Source: Candidatus Zhuqueibacterota bacterium
GTDB lineage: Bacteria; Zhuqueibacterota; Zhuqueibacteria; Residuimicrobiales; Oceaniaggregativiventaceae
Assembly (NCBI GenBank): GCA_014728115.1
Contig: WJME01000070.1
Span: 2,448-66,447 of the forward strand
DNA length: 64,000 nt
Direction of reading: 5' to 3'
Under the pieces are notes generated by a model. That model made no database searches, was not told where the DNA came from, and saw only the letters and a program-made list of their open reading frames with translations. Below are positions 42,700 to 54,020 of this stretch, piece by piece. The position numbers and the translations under genes are program-made. How positions within the stretch are numbered: position 1 is the stretch's first letter; the number at the start of each line of letters is the position of its first letter.

Positions 42700-45600
42700 T
42701 TAATAGTTAAAGCGGAAGGTCAGTATGATCGAGCGCGTGTGAGGATTATTGAAATAATCCAGGCCACGCCAGTTTTCATTACCGGAAATATTGGTTTCGG
42801 GATCGATACCTGAATAATCCGTCCAGGTATAAAGATTCCTGCCGCTCAATCGAATATCGATATCTTCCAGGCCGGTATAATAACTAAGCCTTGGATGGGT
42901 AAACTTGTATGAGACAGATACTTCGCGTAATTTCACATAGCTACCATCTTCGACATAGGGACTATTCGGACCAAAAAAGGCGTTCCCCAGCCCAAAGGCA
43001 TACCAGTTATCCTGATCCAAAAACACACGTGTACCGGCACCTGGCCCTTTACCTTCAAACGTGTGGAGATTACCCCGTCGGGTGACACCTTCCAGATCAG
43101 TACCCTCGACATCGGTTTCGTTATGGATACCAAAATACCGCAGAGCACCCCGGGTGCCGTTATAGACATCGCCTCCTTGTTTGATATCAAACAGAGCCGA
43201 GATGCTGAGTTTCTTGAATAGATGAACGGTATTGCGTATACCGGCGGTCCAGTCGGGATTGGGATTTCCGGTGATTCTCTCTTCCGGATCATAAAGAGGG
43301 AATCCGTCTTCTGCGATATAGAGATCGCCCTTTTCCCATCCGCTATAGGCTTTATCTATATTGACGAGATCCCCTTCAGCGTCCTGTACAGTAGATCCAC
43401 GACCAAAGCGAATAAAATCAGGACCCCGAAAGATACTCATCGGCTGTCCGACTTGAGCATAGCAAGAGGTTTCAAAGCCTTGTAAAAAGATATACTCGGC
43501 ACCATCCAGTTCAACAACACGGTTTTTATTACGAGCCCAGTTTACGCCTACGTCCCACGTCAGAGTCTTGGTCGTCAGAGGTTGCAGATTAAGGCTCACT
43601 TCCAATCCCCGATTGGAGATGATCCCGCCATTTTTGAGCTGTTGCTGATATCCTGTTGAAGGAGCGATGGGCATGGAATAGATCACGTCTTCTGTTCTCG
43701 AGTCATAATACGTAAGGCCTAACCCGATACGATCATTCCAAAATCCCAAATCAATACCGGTTTCCCATTCTTTGGTTCTTTGGGGATTGATCTCATCATT
43801 GCCACGGATATAGCTGCTGTGAAATCCGGAATAACCCCATGCAAAAGGTGAATTTCCGGCATTCGGTGTAATATCGCTATCCGTATAGATCGTTGTACTA
43901 TACGCGGTCTGCCACAAGTAGCCACTTGGATAGGGATCAGGTTGCTGTCCGGCTTCACCATATGCAGCGCGGATTTTGGCAAAACTCAGCCAATTCTTTA
44001 TGCCATAAAAAACCGGTTGCTGGGTGATTTCCCAGGCGCCACTGACCTTGGGGTACCAGTGCCTTTTTTTGCTTTTTCCAAATGTCGATGATCCGTCATT
44101 TCGTAAGGAAGAGCTAAAGAACAACTGATTATAAAGGTCGACAGAAAATTGACCAAAAAAGGATTCATCCCGTACTTTATTCAAACTCGTCTGGTTGCAC
44201 ATTGGAGGTATTATCCAACTGATCGAATCCCGTCGAACCAATGACCTGACCAAAGACCGTAAAGTTACTCAGGCGGCGCTGATTCCATTGGTGGCCAGCG
44301 AGTAAATTGAGTCGCATATCGGCAAAATCCATAAAGCGTGTTGCCTCGGCGGTAAAATGACCATCTGTTTCCACGTAATTAAAAATCTCTCTGGCAATCC
44401 GTCCATCCGCATACATCGAGCTACCTTTAGGAAAAACCGTACGGCGTTCGTCGCTGGAATAGTCATGTCCCAGTGTATAATTGAGGTGAACCCAATCCAC
44501 AGGGTCATAATCCAGTTGCAGATTACCGAACACACGGCCGACCTGTGAGTTATTGGTTTGTTGATTGACCACAAAGAAGGGATTATCATAACCACGTGAT
44601 CCTTCTTCGGTAGTAGGATTTTGCAAGCGATAAGAACGATGAAATCCTTCAGGGGTCAAATAGGGTATATTACTAAAGTCGGGTGGGGTACGCCATGAGC
44701 CCAATAGCAATCCACTGGTATTGGAACCTTTCTGTATACGGTTGGCTGCTACATCTGAATAGGCAAAATTTCCACTTAGTTGAATTTTCTCATTGATCCT
44801 CTGCGAGGCATTCAATCGTACTGAATATTTGTCGTAATTAGAATTGCCTTTTATAAACCCATCATGCTGATAGCGGCCCAATGAGAGATAATAAGTGGTC
44901 CACTCGTTGCCTCCTGATACTGATAAATTGTTTTCGAAAACATGTCCGGTTTGAAACATTTCTTCGGCATGATCATAGACCGGCACAGAAGAGTCGAGTT
45001 TGGGCCCCCAACTCCAGGGAGCAGTGGGATCTGCTATCCCGTCGATGCCCTGTCCCCATCGTGTCTGCAGGTCCGGTAATTGACTTACTGTATCCCATGA
45101 ATAGGAGGTTTTATAAGACAGGCGAATACGTCCGGGTTGACCTTTTTTGGTCGTAATCAGGACGACACCGTTGGCCGCACGGGATCCATAAATCGCACTG
45201 GCAGCCGCCCCCTTGAGAATCTCCAGAGAAGCGATATCTTCGGGATTGAGGTCAGACATGCGATTCATTTCAGTGACGCCGGCATGGCCGATATCCCCAT
45301 CGCTCATAAAAGAAGCATTGTTCACCGGTGATCCATCGATCACAAAAAGGGGTTGCGTACCGCCGGTGATACTGTTAGCTCCGCGAATTCGGATATAAGC
45401 AGCAGCTCCGGGCTCTCCGCTCGCTGTAGAAATCTCTACATTGGCCACCTTGCCTGCCAGCGCACCGACCACATTATTATCATTGCTGTTGACAATCGCG
45501 TCTGCTGAGACTTGCGGAATGGAAACCCCCAATTTTTCCTTTTCGACACCTACGCCAAAACCTGTTACCACAACCTGTTCCATATTCAAAACATCCAGCG

Positions 45601-45907
45601 CAAGGGTAAAATCTTTTTCGATTAAATCCTCCGAGAGTTGAACGGGGATGGCTTGAGATTTGTACCCTATAAAGGTAGCCGTCAGATGAACACTTTGACC
45701 GTTGGCCTTTGAGGATGGAACCACAAAGTCGAATTTACCTTCTGCATCTGTTGCGCTACCCAGCCCCATACTCCGGATCATCACATTGGCGCCGGCTAAA
45801 GGTTCTCCATTTTCATCGTTGACTTGTCCGCGAATCACTATTGCATCTGCAGCCAATAGTGTGCTGACAAAAAAAAGCACAAGAACCGTAACGAGTTTTT
45901 TTACCAT
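42700..45907 (-). pseudogene. SusC/RagA-type TonB-dependent transporter, split into two overlapping ORFs by a frameshift near 44180-44200
   Basis: The N-terminal ORF (44177..45907) has a signal peptide, a CarboxypepD_reg-like segment (IVIRGQVNDENGEPLAGANVMI...DAEGKFDF) and a plug (ITGGTQPLFVIDGSP). The C-terminal ORF (42700..44253) continues the barrel (NKVRDESFFGQFSVDLYNQLFFSSSLRNDGSSTFG) and ends ILTFRFNY. The two parts are contiguous in sense but lie in different frames. It is functional if the shift is a sequencing error. Confidence 0.8.
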
Positions 45908-46200
45908 TTTTCCTCCACTGTCATTTCGCGATTACTCGGGGTGCCCCATTTACTCATTGGTTAAACATTTTGGCAGATCAACCTCGCCAGATCGATCTTG
46001 TCTCTCTGTCAAGCGTTATGCTCATATACTAATCTTTAATCGATCACCCGAGAAACAGGATCAACGTAAAAAGTTTAAGTGAATGCTGAATTCTGCCTAA
46101 ATTATGTGTGAAAAGATAGGACTAATATGAATACCACACAACTGCATGGAGATGTGGTTTTGGGGGTAAAAATCAGAATGAGCCTACATGATCATGCGGG

Positions 46201-46842
46201 TCATAACAACCCTTTGCGGAAAGCCTGGGCAACAGCCTCGGAAACGGTATGCACGTGTAATTTTCTATATATATTACGTATATGATAACGTACTGTATCC
46301 ACGCTTATATACAACTGCTGAGAAATACCCTGATAGGTTTTACCGTCGGCAAGGGCAGTCAAAATTTCCAGCTCCCGTTGAGTCAACAAATTCTCTGGCG
46401 GAGCCGGCCTCTTGAACAACTGATTTTGTTGATAGAGTTGAATCAGCCGGCGTGCAATATGCGAACTCATAGGTGACCCGCCTTCATATGCATCGCGAAT
46501 CGCATCGAGCAATCGAGCCGGGGGTGTTTTTTTGACCAGGTAACCGCAGGCTCCGGCCATCAGAGCCTGGAGCACGGTCTCGTTTTCCTCATAGACAGTG
46601 AGTACAATAATATCGACATTCGGATAGGACGCTTTGACTTTTTTGATTCCTTCTATACCCGACATACCAGGCAACCCGATATCCATGAGCAGTATATCAG
46701 GCGGTTGTTGCACGATTGCCTGAAGCATACTTTCACAGTCACCAAATGAACAGGGACAGCAGAATCCTTCCGTGGCATCGATGAGCATAGAGAGTCCCTG
46801 ACGAATGGTGGCATTGTCTTCAACAATCATGACATTTATCAT
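46201..46842 (-). CDS. NarL/FixJ-type response regulator (REC + LuxR HTH)
   Basis: MINVMIVEDNATIRQGL...ILLMDIGLPGMSGIE is the REC domain. LTQRELEILTALADGKTYQGISQQLYISVDTVRYHIRNIYRKL is the HTH. Its start overlaps the kinase stop. Confidence 0.9.
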   Translation of the reverse strand: MINVMIVEDNATIRQGLSMLIDATEGFCCPCSFGDCESMLQAIVQQPPDILLMDIGLPGMSGIEGIKKVKASYPNVDIIVLTVYEENETVLQALMAGACGYLVKKTPPARLLDAIRDAYEGGSPMSSHIARRLIQLYQQNQLFKRPAPPENLLTQRELEILTALADGKTYQGISQQLYISVDTVRYHIRNIYRKLHVHTVSEAVAQAFRKGLL

Positions 46843-49652
46843 TATGAACCTCCGACAAATTCAATCCGGGTACCCTTTTCCGCCTGGCTCGTGACAGACA
46901 AGGATCCTCCTATAGATTCTGCTCTCTTTTCCATATTGGTTAGACCATTTCCTTGCGGATCCCTTATAAAGGAATCGAAACCGGTTCCATCATCATCCAA
47001 AATCATCACGAGTCTCTTTCTTTTAACCAGGGCCTTTAAAGTAATAGTACGACAATGGCTATGTTTGAGGCTGTTGTGAATCGCTTCCTTAAAAAGCAGG
47101 TAAAGCTGTTGCCGATGTTCCATAGGCAAATGCATATTTTTCAAAAGCTCCAGATTTTCCAATTTCAAAATGATTCCCGAGGCAGACAATATATCGGCAT
47201 AATAATCACGCAAACGCAACATCAAGTCATAAAGTGTATCGCGTTTGGGACTGACCAGCCAGACAGTATCGCTCATAGTATCGATGAGATGACGAGCAGA
47301 ATCACTGATTCGTTTCAGGTGCTCTTGTGCTCGATGCGAGTCCTGGGGGTATAATTTACCGGTCACCTCGCTGAGGATCGAAATCTCTGTCAAACCGGCG
47401 CCTATGTTATCGTGCAGGTCAGCTGCAATTTTGCCTCTCAGTCTTTCGACAACTAATAAGGAACGCATGCGCAGATATATGGGCACGCCTATAATCGTTA
47501 CCGTTCCGAATACCAAAACGACGAGAAACCACCATGTTTTCCAAAAAGGAGGAACCACCCAAAAAGAGAGGGTTACAGGCTCGCTCCAGTCGCTCCACTC
47601 TGAACGGGCCTGAACTTTAAAGGTATAGACTCCATCCAACAGGTTTGCATAGGTAATATGATTTTCTCCTGTTTCATACCATCCCTTATCAGAACCAAAC
47701 AATCGTACCCGATATTGTATGCTTTCGGGACATCCCAGACAAAGTCCAAGATAAGTGATGCGCATATAATTATTCCGGTATTCCAGAGAAAAATCAGCGG
47801 ACTCTAGTTCTCTTGTATCAACCTCTTTATCAAAAACCGAAACAGACTGTATAATTGCTTTGGGTGCAGAGCGAACAAACCGATCTCTTACCGGCCGATA
47901 CCGTGACAATCCATTAATCGTTCCGATCCAGATATCACCGCCGGCATCGCAAAGAATAGCATTGGCATTCACCTCATTACTCGGCAAACCATCATAAACA
48001 TCGAGAACACGGGGACGAACCGGTATCCCCCATGAAATTAGAATTTGTACGCCGTGATAGGAAGTGAGATACAGTCGACCTTTCGCATCTTCACAAATGC
48101 CATTGATAAAAGTATGAACCAGCCCGTCGTCATGCTGTATCCATTCCAGTGCATGTCCGTTCCAGACACACAGTCCACGATCGGTACCGAAAAACACAGG
48201 CCCTGAACTATGCTGGTGAATAGCCTGGACGTTGCTTTGGTTAAGCAATGAATCCTGAAGAAACTCTACCCCTTTATCCTTGCGATAGCACAAGACACCT
48301 TTTTCGAGACCGGCATAGATGGTACCATCTCGACCCTTTTCAAGGGTATTCACAGCCATCTGATGTTGAGGGTCCAGGGGAGAGATTTGTCCTGCAGAGT
48401 AAATCAGAAAACCTTTTTCAGTGCCGATAAGCAGAGAATCTGATCCGATTCCGGCCAGACACGTAATCCCCGGATCAGCTGAGGGATTTATCGAGATGAG
48501 CAATTCTGCTCGGCCGTTAACAAGTCGATACAATCCCCGCAAAGTACAGAGCCATAATGTTTCCTGCCATTCGTAGATATGGAAAATACTTTGAGACTCT
48601 AAGCCTATATTCGGCAAGTAAGGCCTGCAGTGAGAGTTTTGAAACGTATAGAGTCCTCCACCAAACGTTCCAAATACGATGTCTTTGTTTTTTCGCTGGT
48701 AAAGGGAAAGGATATAATCTTTTTCGAGGCCGGAATTCTTGCAAAAACTTTCCATTCGAGCAGGTTGAAATATGCTGAGGCCACCAGCAGTCCCAAAAAA
48801 CATGTTGCCGTCTTTTCCCGCTAACAGGGCAAAAACAGCATCATGTGCCAGGCCATTATGTGTATTCAGAGAGCGCCATTGTCCGTCATAGTGCATGACC
48901 CCTCCACTCATCGTAGCGATGTAAAACTCTCCCCGATCATCAATACTTACATCACGAATTTTCTGTAATCGGGGTTCATCGCACATCCTCTGCCAGGATT
49001 CATCTTCATATCTCAGCAATCCCTGATCGTTGGTTCCCATCGACAGAGTTCCTGCGCGGTAATCCATGCTGGTGACGTCGGCATTATTCAGTTTCCGCTC
49101 TAAAGTCAAAGAGGATCCGATAACCCAGGCGCCTGAATCGGTACCGGCAACAACTCCCCACCCTGGCACATACACGAGCGAGTTGACGCAATTGCTTTTT
49201 AAACCCCTGGTTTTGTCAAAATGAACTGTGTCCGATCCGGAATGAATCCAGAGGCCTTGATTTCGTGTAGCAAAAAATAGATTTCCTTGCTCATCCTCAC
49301 AGATCGAATTGATAAAACAGTCCCGCAAACCATAGGCACGGAATGAATGGCCATTAGACACACTCGCCCCATCGTCAGAGCCGATGAATAATCGGCCATC
49401 TCTTGTCTGAAAGAGAGAAATGACAAGCGATGAGGTCAAACCATTGATGATATTGAAATTCTTAAATTCATTACCATCCCATCGACTGACACCATCATAG
49501 GTACCCACCCACAGATACCCTTGCTCGTCATTGAGGAGTGAAAAAATATGAGATTGCGCCAGGCCATCACGCGAGGTCAAATTTTTATGCAAAAGAATCT
49601 GAGCCTGGCATCCCAGTACCCAAAACATGATTAAGAGAATTATGTATCTCAT
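46842..49652 (-). CDS. Sensor histidine kinase with a periplasmic two-component-regulator beta-propeller/Y_Y_Y domain and a HisKA_3/HATPase core
   Basis: Propeller repeats include GLAQSHIFSLLNDEQGYLWVGTYDGVSRWDG. The Y_Y_Y-like segment is YRVRLFGSDKGWYETGENHITYANLLDGVYTFKVQA. A TM segment and then IAADLHDNIGAGLTEI (HisKA_3 His) follow. The architecture matches PUL-associated sensors. Confidence 0.85.
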   Translation of the reverse strand: MRYIILLIMFWVLGCQAQILLHKNLTSRDGLAQSHIFSLLNDEQGYLWVGTYDGVSRWDGNEFKNFNIINGLTSSLVISLFQTRDGRLFIGSDDGASVSNGHSFRAYGLRDCFINSICEDEQGNLFFATRNQGLWIHSGSDTVHFDKTRGLKSNCVNSLVYVPGWGVVAGTDSGAWVIGSSLTLERKLNNADVTSMDYRAGTLSMGTNDQGLLRYEDESWQRMCDEPRLQKIRDVSIDDRGEFYIATMSGGVMHYDGQWRSLNTHNGLAHDAVFALLAGKDGNMFFGTAGGLSIFQPARMESFCKNSGLEKDYILSLYQRKNKDIVFGTFGGGLYTFQNSHCRPYLPNIGLESQSIFHIYEWQETLWLCTLRGLYRLVNGRAELLISINPSADPGITCLAGIGSDSLLIGTEKGFLIYSAGQISPLDPQHQMAVNTLEKGRDGTIYAGLEKGVLCYRKDKGVEFLQDSLLNQSNVQAIHQHSSGPVFFGTDRGLCVWNGHALEWIQHDDGLVHTFINGICEDAKGRLYLTSYHGVQILISWGIPVRPRVLDVYDGLPSNEVNANAILCDAGGDIWIGTINGLSRYRPVRDRFVRSAPKAIIQSVSVFDKEVDTRELESADFSLEYRNNYMRITYLGLCLGCPESIQYRVRLFGSDKGWYETGENHITYANLLDGVYTFKVQARSEWSDWSEPVTLSFWVVPPFWKTWWFLVVLVFGTVTIIGVPIYLRMRSLLVVERLRGKIAADLHDNIGAGLTEISILSEVTGKLYPQDSHRAQEHLKRISDSARHLIDTMSDTVWLVSPKRDTLYDLMLRLRDYYADILSASGIILKLENLELLKNMHLPMEHRQQLYLLFKEAIHNSLKHSHCRTITLKALVKRKRLVMILDDDGTGFDSFIRDPQGNGLTNMEKRAESIGGSLSVTSQAEKGTRIEFVGGS

Positions 49653-49822
49653 TTATCCAGACCCTACACCGGATTAAGTAACTTTCCTCCCCTGACATCA
49701 CCGATCTATACCAATTGCCTGTTGAATAAAATATGATCCCCCACAGTCGGAAAAGAATACAAACAACATATCTGAAAATTGGATGGGATGCTCGAAAAAA
49801 ACTATTTGCCATGCAATAATGG

Positions 49823-50797
49823 CTAGTCCAGATGGACATTGACAAGCGGAAGAATTTTCAAGGGTGCAGGATTATTCCCAGCGATATTGATCAAGCCGAT
49901 TTGTACTCCCTTGAGGGCATGGGCGATATTCAGCAAGCCGATCGAAAGGCCGTTCATTTGTTCTTTTGCTCTCACATAACCGGCGATTTTGATGCCATTT
50001 AACATGCGCCCCTCGATGCCTCCGCCAGCGAGGGTCAACCCATTTACCTGATCTCCTCCGACGCCCAAAAGAGCAGCCTGCACTCCACTCAGAGTGGTGC
50101 CTCCAACGCCAAGACCGCCTATCGTCAGGCCGCGTAATCTTTCCCCTCCCATTCCCAGACCGGCGATGCCCAGTCCGGTAAAAGATTTGGTGCCAAAACC
50201 GAGTCCTGCGATCATGATTCCGCGAATGTTATCGCCGCCGGCACCGAGACCGGCAATAGTAAGGCCACTGAGATGTTGACTTGCCCCGATACCCAACCCA
50301 GCAAAGGTAAGTCCGCTTACATCATCAGCACCAATACCGAGCAAGGCCAGATTCACGCCAAAAACACGGTCCCCACCCATGCCGAGACCGGCAATATTCA
50401 CGCCGGTGATCTCTCCTCCTCCCATTCCAAGCCCGGCGATATTGAGTCCTGCGATGCGATCTCCGCCCATGCCGAGACCGGCAATATTGATACCTCGGGT
50501 ATTCCCCACGATACCAGCCACTCCGATGGCAATCCCGTTTATTTGTTTTGCAGAAGGTGCGACAAGACCCAGGGCCAGTCCGTTGATCTGTCCTCGTTCA
50601 ATGGTCTGATCAGGCTTCCAAAGGGTTAGATTGATACCATTGATACATTGAAAATATGAATCACTCCAGTTGATACGTATACCATTCACCCTGGGCACAC
50701 TGCCAATAGCGAGACCAGTATTTTGAATAGTCAGATCGAGTGATCCGGCGATACAAGGGACTGTTGCGATGAGAATAGCGAGTACGACCTGTTTCAT
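49823..50797 (-). CDS. Secreted protein made of 11 or more tandem 15-residue Gly-rich repeats (G-[LIV]-x-[IL]-A-G-L-G-[MIV]-G-G-x-x-[ILV]-x), probably a beta-solenoid
   Basis: Signal MKQVVLAILIATVPCIAG. Repeats include GINIAGLGMGGDRIA, GLNIAGLGMGGGEIT, GVNIAGLGMGGDRVF, GVNLALLGIGADDVS, GLTIAGLGAGGDNIR, GLGIAGLGMGGERLR and GLTIGGLGVGGTTLS. The C-terminus is GVQIGLINIAGNNPAPLKILPLVNVHLD. The underlying DNA has 45-bp periodicity. Confidence 0.75.
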   Translation of the reverse strand: MKQVVLAILIATVPCIAGSLDLTIQNTGLAIGSVPRVNGIRINWSDSYFQCINGINLTLWKPDQTIERGQINGLALGLVAPSAKQINGIAIGVAGIVGNTRGINIAGLGMGGDRIAGLNIAGLGMGGGEITGVNIAGLGMGGDRVFGVNLALLGIGADDVSGLTFAGLGIGASQHLSGLTIAGLGAGGDNIRGIMIAGLGFGTKSFTGLGIAGLGMGGERLRGLTIGGLGVGGTTLSGVQAALLGVGGDQVNGLTLAGGGIEGRMLNGIKIAGYVRAKEQMNGLSIGLLNIAHALKGVQIGLINIAGNNPAPLKILPLVNVHLD

Positions 50798-50861
50798 CCG
50801 AGCCTCCGTAGCAAATTCATACTTCTTTAGCTACGAAAGTGTATGAAACAAGTTACAAACT

Positions 50862-51803
50862 TTAGAGAATTTCTTGTGTCGTCTTGAAATGAATTTTTGC
50901 AACGTGGGAGAGTTTTTCCTTGCCATACTGGCGGACAATTTTGCGCCCTTGTTCGATGACGCTATCCGACACCCCCTTGCTCAGATTAAATCCAATCTTG
51001 TCAGAAAGTTCAGCCAGTCGGATTAAAAAACGCCCTCGAGCGAGAATGGAGGCTGCTGCCACAGAGATGTTTTTTTCTGCCTGAGGAAGCTGCAGCAGCT
51101 CATAGGCCTTGCCTGTTTCTTCCAACTGTTCTTCGATCAATTTTTCATCAGCAAAGCGATCCGCCAGAATCCTGTCACACGCCTTATCATGGCAGAGGGC
51201 TTTGATGACTTTGGCGTGCATGGTTGCGAGGAGGGTATTCAGATTCTTTTTGGTGTTTTGATATTGAGAATAAACCTGATTATAGCGATGCGGGGAGAGT
51301 TCAAATATTTTAAAAGAGTCGGGAAACATTTTCTCTATTGCATCGGCGATACGGATCGTCATGAGATCATCGACGAGTTTGCTGTCTCTTACGCCCATGG
51401 CCAGCATTTGGCTTGCCATTTCTTCATCCACATAAACGGCGGCACAGACAAGAGGACCAAAATAGTCCCCTTTGCCGGATTCATCTGTGCCAATGATTGG
51501 ATAGCCAAACAGTCGTTCATCGACCTGATCATGATGCTGAAAACGGTGAGCTTCAACACTTTTGATCACTTTTTGAGCCGGAGCCCCGGCGGGGAGTTGG
51601 GAATAGTCATAACGTACCTGGCCTTTTTTATTCTCAAAGACCCGTAAAACGCCTTTCCATTTACCATCCCCCAGGTGAAACTGTATCCCATAGTTTATCG
51701 GTTTGCTATCCATTACAGAGATATTGTTTTTCTTAAAACGCTCCAAGAGCTGATTTTTAATTTCGTCCAGTGCCACTTTATGCTCCATCCAGGGTAAAAA
51801 CAT
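50862..51803 (-). CDS. rnhC: Ribonuclease HIII
   Basis: An N-terminal DUF3378-like region is followed by IIGTDESGKGDYFGPLVCAAVYV (the RNase HII/HIII catalytic DESGKG motif) and a 313-aa length. Confidence 0.85.
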   Translation of the reverse strand: MFLPWMEHKVALDEIKNQLLERFKKNNISVMDSKPINYGIQFHLGDGKWKGVLRVFENKKGQVRYDYSQLPAGAPAQKVIKSVEAHRFQHHDQVDERLFGYPIIGTDESGKGDYFGPLVCAAVYVDEEMASQMLAMGVRDSKLVDDLMTIRIADAIEKMFPDSFKIFELSPHRYNQVYSQYQNTKKNLNTLLATMHAKVIKALCHDKACDRILADRFADEKLIEEQLEETGKAYELLQLPQAEKNISVAAASILARGRFLIRLAELSDKIGFNLSKGVSDSVIEQGRKIVRQYGKEKLSHVAKIHFKTTQEIL

Positions 51804-51817
51804 TCATCCATAAAAAT

Positions 51818-52588
51818 TCAAAATTTACGATCTCCTCCCAACAATCCTCCTAGGAGGTCACCACCGATTCCCCCCACGCCTTTATGTTCTCCGCGATTAA
51901 AGCGAGCCGCAGCGAAAATTCGATCGGCAAGGCGGGAAAAGGGCAAACTCTGTAAATAGACAGTGCCCGGGCCGGTCAGGGATGCCAGGAAAACACCTTC
52001 TCCTCCGAACAGAGCATTTTTAAACCCTCCAATAAACTGGATATCATAATCCACAGAAGGGCTAAAAGCGACCAAACAGCCGGTATCCACACGTAACTTT
52101 TCACCGGCTGTCAGCTGTCTCTCAATGATGGTGCCCCCGGCATGGATGAAGGCCATGCCATCACCGACAAGCCGTTGCAGGATAAAACCTTCGCCGCCGA
52201 ATAGTCCTGAGCCCAGCCTTTTACTAAAAGCGACTTCAATTTCAACCCCCTTTGCGGCACACAGAAAAGCATCTTTTTGACACAGAAACTCTCCCCCAAT
52301 CTTGTCAAGGTGCAAGGCAATAATCTTTCCCGGATAGGGTGCGCCAAAAGAAACATGTCCCTTACCTGCTCCGGAAAACAAAAAAGTGGTAATAAAGAAA
52401 CTCTCGCCAGTGATCATGCGTTTGAATCCTTTGAACACACCCCCATCTGTCGAGGTTTGCATTCGAATCCCCTCTTCCATATACATCATGGCGCCCGCCT
52501 CGGCACGAACACCTTCGCCGGGATCCAGTTCTACCTCGACGATTTGCATGTCATCGCCATGAATCTTATAATCGATCACATCAGCCAT
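51818..52588 (-). CDS. AIM24/TIGR00266-family (DUF124) protein
   Basis: Start at ATG 52588 (GGAGG 8 nt upstream). [37 protein letters not shown]...[22 protein letters not shown]...[22 protein letters not shown] is the family pattern. Confidence 0.8.
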   Translation of the reverse strand: MADVIDYKIHGDDMQIVEVELDPGEGVRAEAGAMMYMEEGIRMQTSTDGGVFKGFKRMITGESFFITTFLFSGAGKGHVSFGAPYPGKIIALHLDKIGGEFLCQKDAFLCAAKGVEIEVAFSKRLGSGLFGGEGFILQRLVGDGMAFIHAGGTIIERQLTAGEKLRVDTGCLVAFSPSVDYDIQFIGGFKNALFGGEGVFLASLTGPGTVYLQSLPFSRLADRIFAAARFNRGEHKGVGGIGGDLLGGLLGGDRKF

Positions 52589-54020
52589 TACTTTTCCCTC
52601 CAAAGGTTGCACGCGTCAAATTCATTATAAAATTGGCAACCAAATCGTCAGGTGAAATACTGCCATTTTCCATAGCCTGCACAAATGGTTTTGCCATATT
52701 TTGATTGCACCTCTTTTTTCGTTGTATAAACCGACTCCACTCTGCAAGTTCTGAAATATGTTCGACCCGGTTTTGAATATTCTGTTCAAAGTCCTGCAAA
52801 GGAATGTGCGATTCTTCAGCTATCCACGAGCTATCATCTGTGATATGGCAAAGAGTACAGAGTCGTTCCAATTCACGATTGATTTTTTTTCTGGCTTGAT
52901 CGAGGTGAATGATACTCTCTTTCAACTCGCTCATAGAGACTCGTTTCCGAACAGCTTCAATGTCCACATGCGAAAACGGAGCCCGATTAAAATGAATCAT
53001 ATGGGTGGCCCAGTCCGCAGTCATTCGCAACGCCATGACATCGGAATCGATACCTTCCCACAAAGCACCAAACAATTCGATTCCAAAAGCCTTACTCCAG
53101 GCAATCTCGTTATAAAGCGACCAAACAGGCATCAACCTCATTAATTCAGACAGGATTTCCTGGCGCTTTTTGGGTACCTCGCCACGAAACACATAGGACA
53201 ACTTTTGCTTCAAGCGTTCCCGGTTTTTATCAAACACTTTTTTTTGACCAAGAACATTTTCATAAAGAGTCCGGATATTACGGCTCAGGGCACGGCGCCG
53301 GAAGCGTTGCTCCAAATCAGGAAACTGCATATGAAAGGCCGCGACTTTATCGATCAATAAATATACATCCTGCGCCCCATTCTGCCATGCCGGATGGGCC
53401 AGGTTAGGCCGGGGTTGCGGAGGGGAATCGACGACCAGACGTAAAAAGCGGATCCAATCACCTGTGTCATGCAATGTTTGAGGAGCGCATAAAGGGATCA
53501 GGGATTGCATTTGTGACAACGATGATTGCAAATCAGTCATAGAGTCAAGTATTATCTCGAGGCTCTCACAAATTTGAGAAATTTGCGCCGATGTGAGATT
53601 TTCGGTATGACACCCCTTCCATAATCGGCTATCATACCCGGACACCTGGTTGGCGCTCGTTTGAAGATCCTTGAGAGACCGGAGTGCACTCAAAATATCC
53701 GCTTTGGAATGTGTATCGAGGTCTTTTATTTCGATCGGATAAACCTGACCTCCATTTTTGCTAAAATGTTGTTTTGCAAAGGATACCAGTTCATAAAGCT
53801 GCGAGACATTCCAGTCGCCCCATATCTGATGAAATAGCGGATGACGTGAGCCACCGTTTCGGCTAATCTGATCCGTATCTGTAATCGTATTGTCATAGAT
53901 ATCAGGAAAATATTTGAAAACCAATGCATAGAGTTCTCGGATATAGCTCGTAGAGTTGCGTTGGTTCGAATCTGCATTTACCCCGGTATCCGCTGCACTG
54001 TCCTTTTGGAATTTATCCAT
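52581..54020 (-). CDS. 479-aa hypothetical protein (all-helical by composition), translationally coupled to the AIM24-family gene
   Basis: Long ORF with coding-like composition. Its stop overlaps the next start (ATGGCTGA). I could assign no catalytic motif. Its C-terminal third faintly recalls the pre-helicase linker of DUF4011-type SF1 helicases, but no helicase motifs are present. Confidence 0.6.
   Translation of the reverse strand: MDKFQKDSAADTGVNADSNQRNSTSYIRELYALVFKYFPDIYDNTITDTDQISRNGGSRHPLFHQIWGDWNVSQLYELVSFAKQHFSKNGGQVYPIEIKDLDTHSKADILSALRSLKDLQTSANQVSGYDSRLWKGCHTENLTSAQISQICESLEIILDSMTDLQSSLSQMQSLIPLCAPQTLHDTGDWIRFLRLVVDSPPQPRPNLAHPAWQNGAQDVYLLIDKVAAFHMQFPDLEQRFRRRALSRNIRTLYENVLGQKKVFDKNRERLKQKLSYVFRGEVPKKRQEILSELMRLMPVWSLYNEIAWSKAFGIELFGALWEGIDSDVMALRMTADWATHMIHFNRAPFSHVDIEAVRKRVSMSELKESIIHLDQARKKINRELERLCTLCHITDDSSWIAEESHIPLQDFEQNIQNRVEHISELAEWSRFIQRKKRCNQNMAKPFVQAMENGSISPDDLVANFIMNLTRATFGGKSNG

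Noticed and set aside
44177-44253. Programmed ribosomal frameshift in the SusC-like gene
   Set aside because: I see no slippery heptamer plus downstream structure, and no precedent for recoding in SusC genes. An indel (real or sequencing-derived) is the simpler explanation.
50094-50629. + strand Pro-rich ORFs (50094..50279, 50273..50629, 50379..50609) opposite the 15-residue repeat gene
   Set aside because: They are complements of GGN-rich repeat codons. The minus frame has a signal peptide and coherent repeats.
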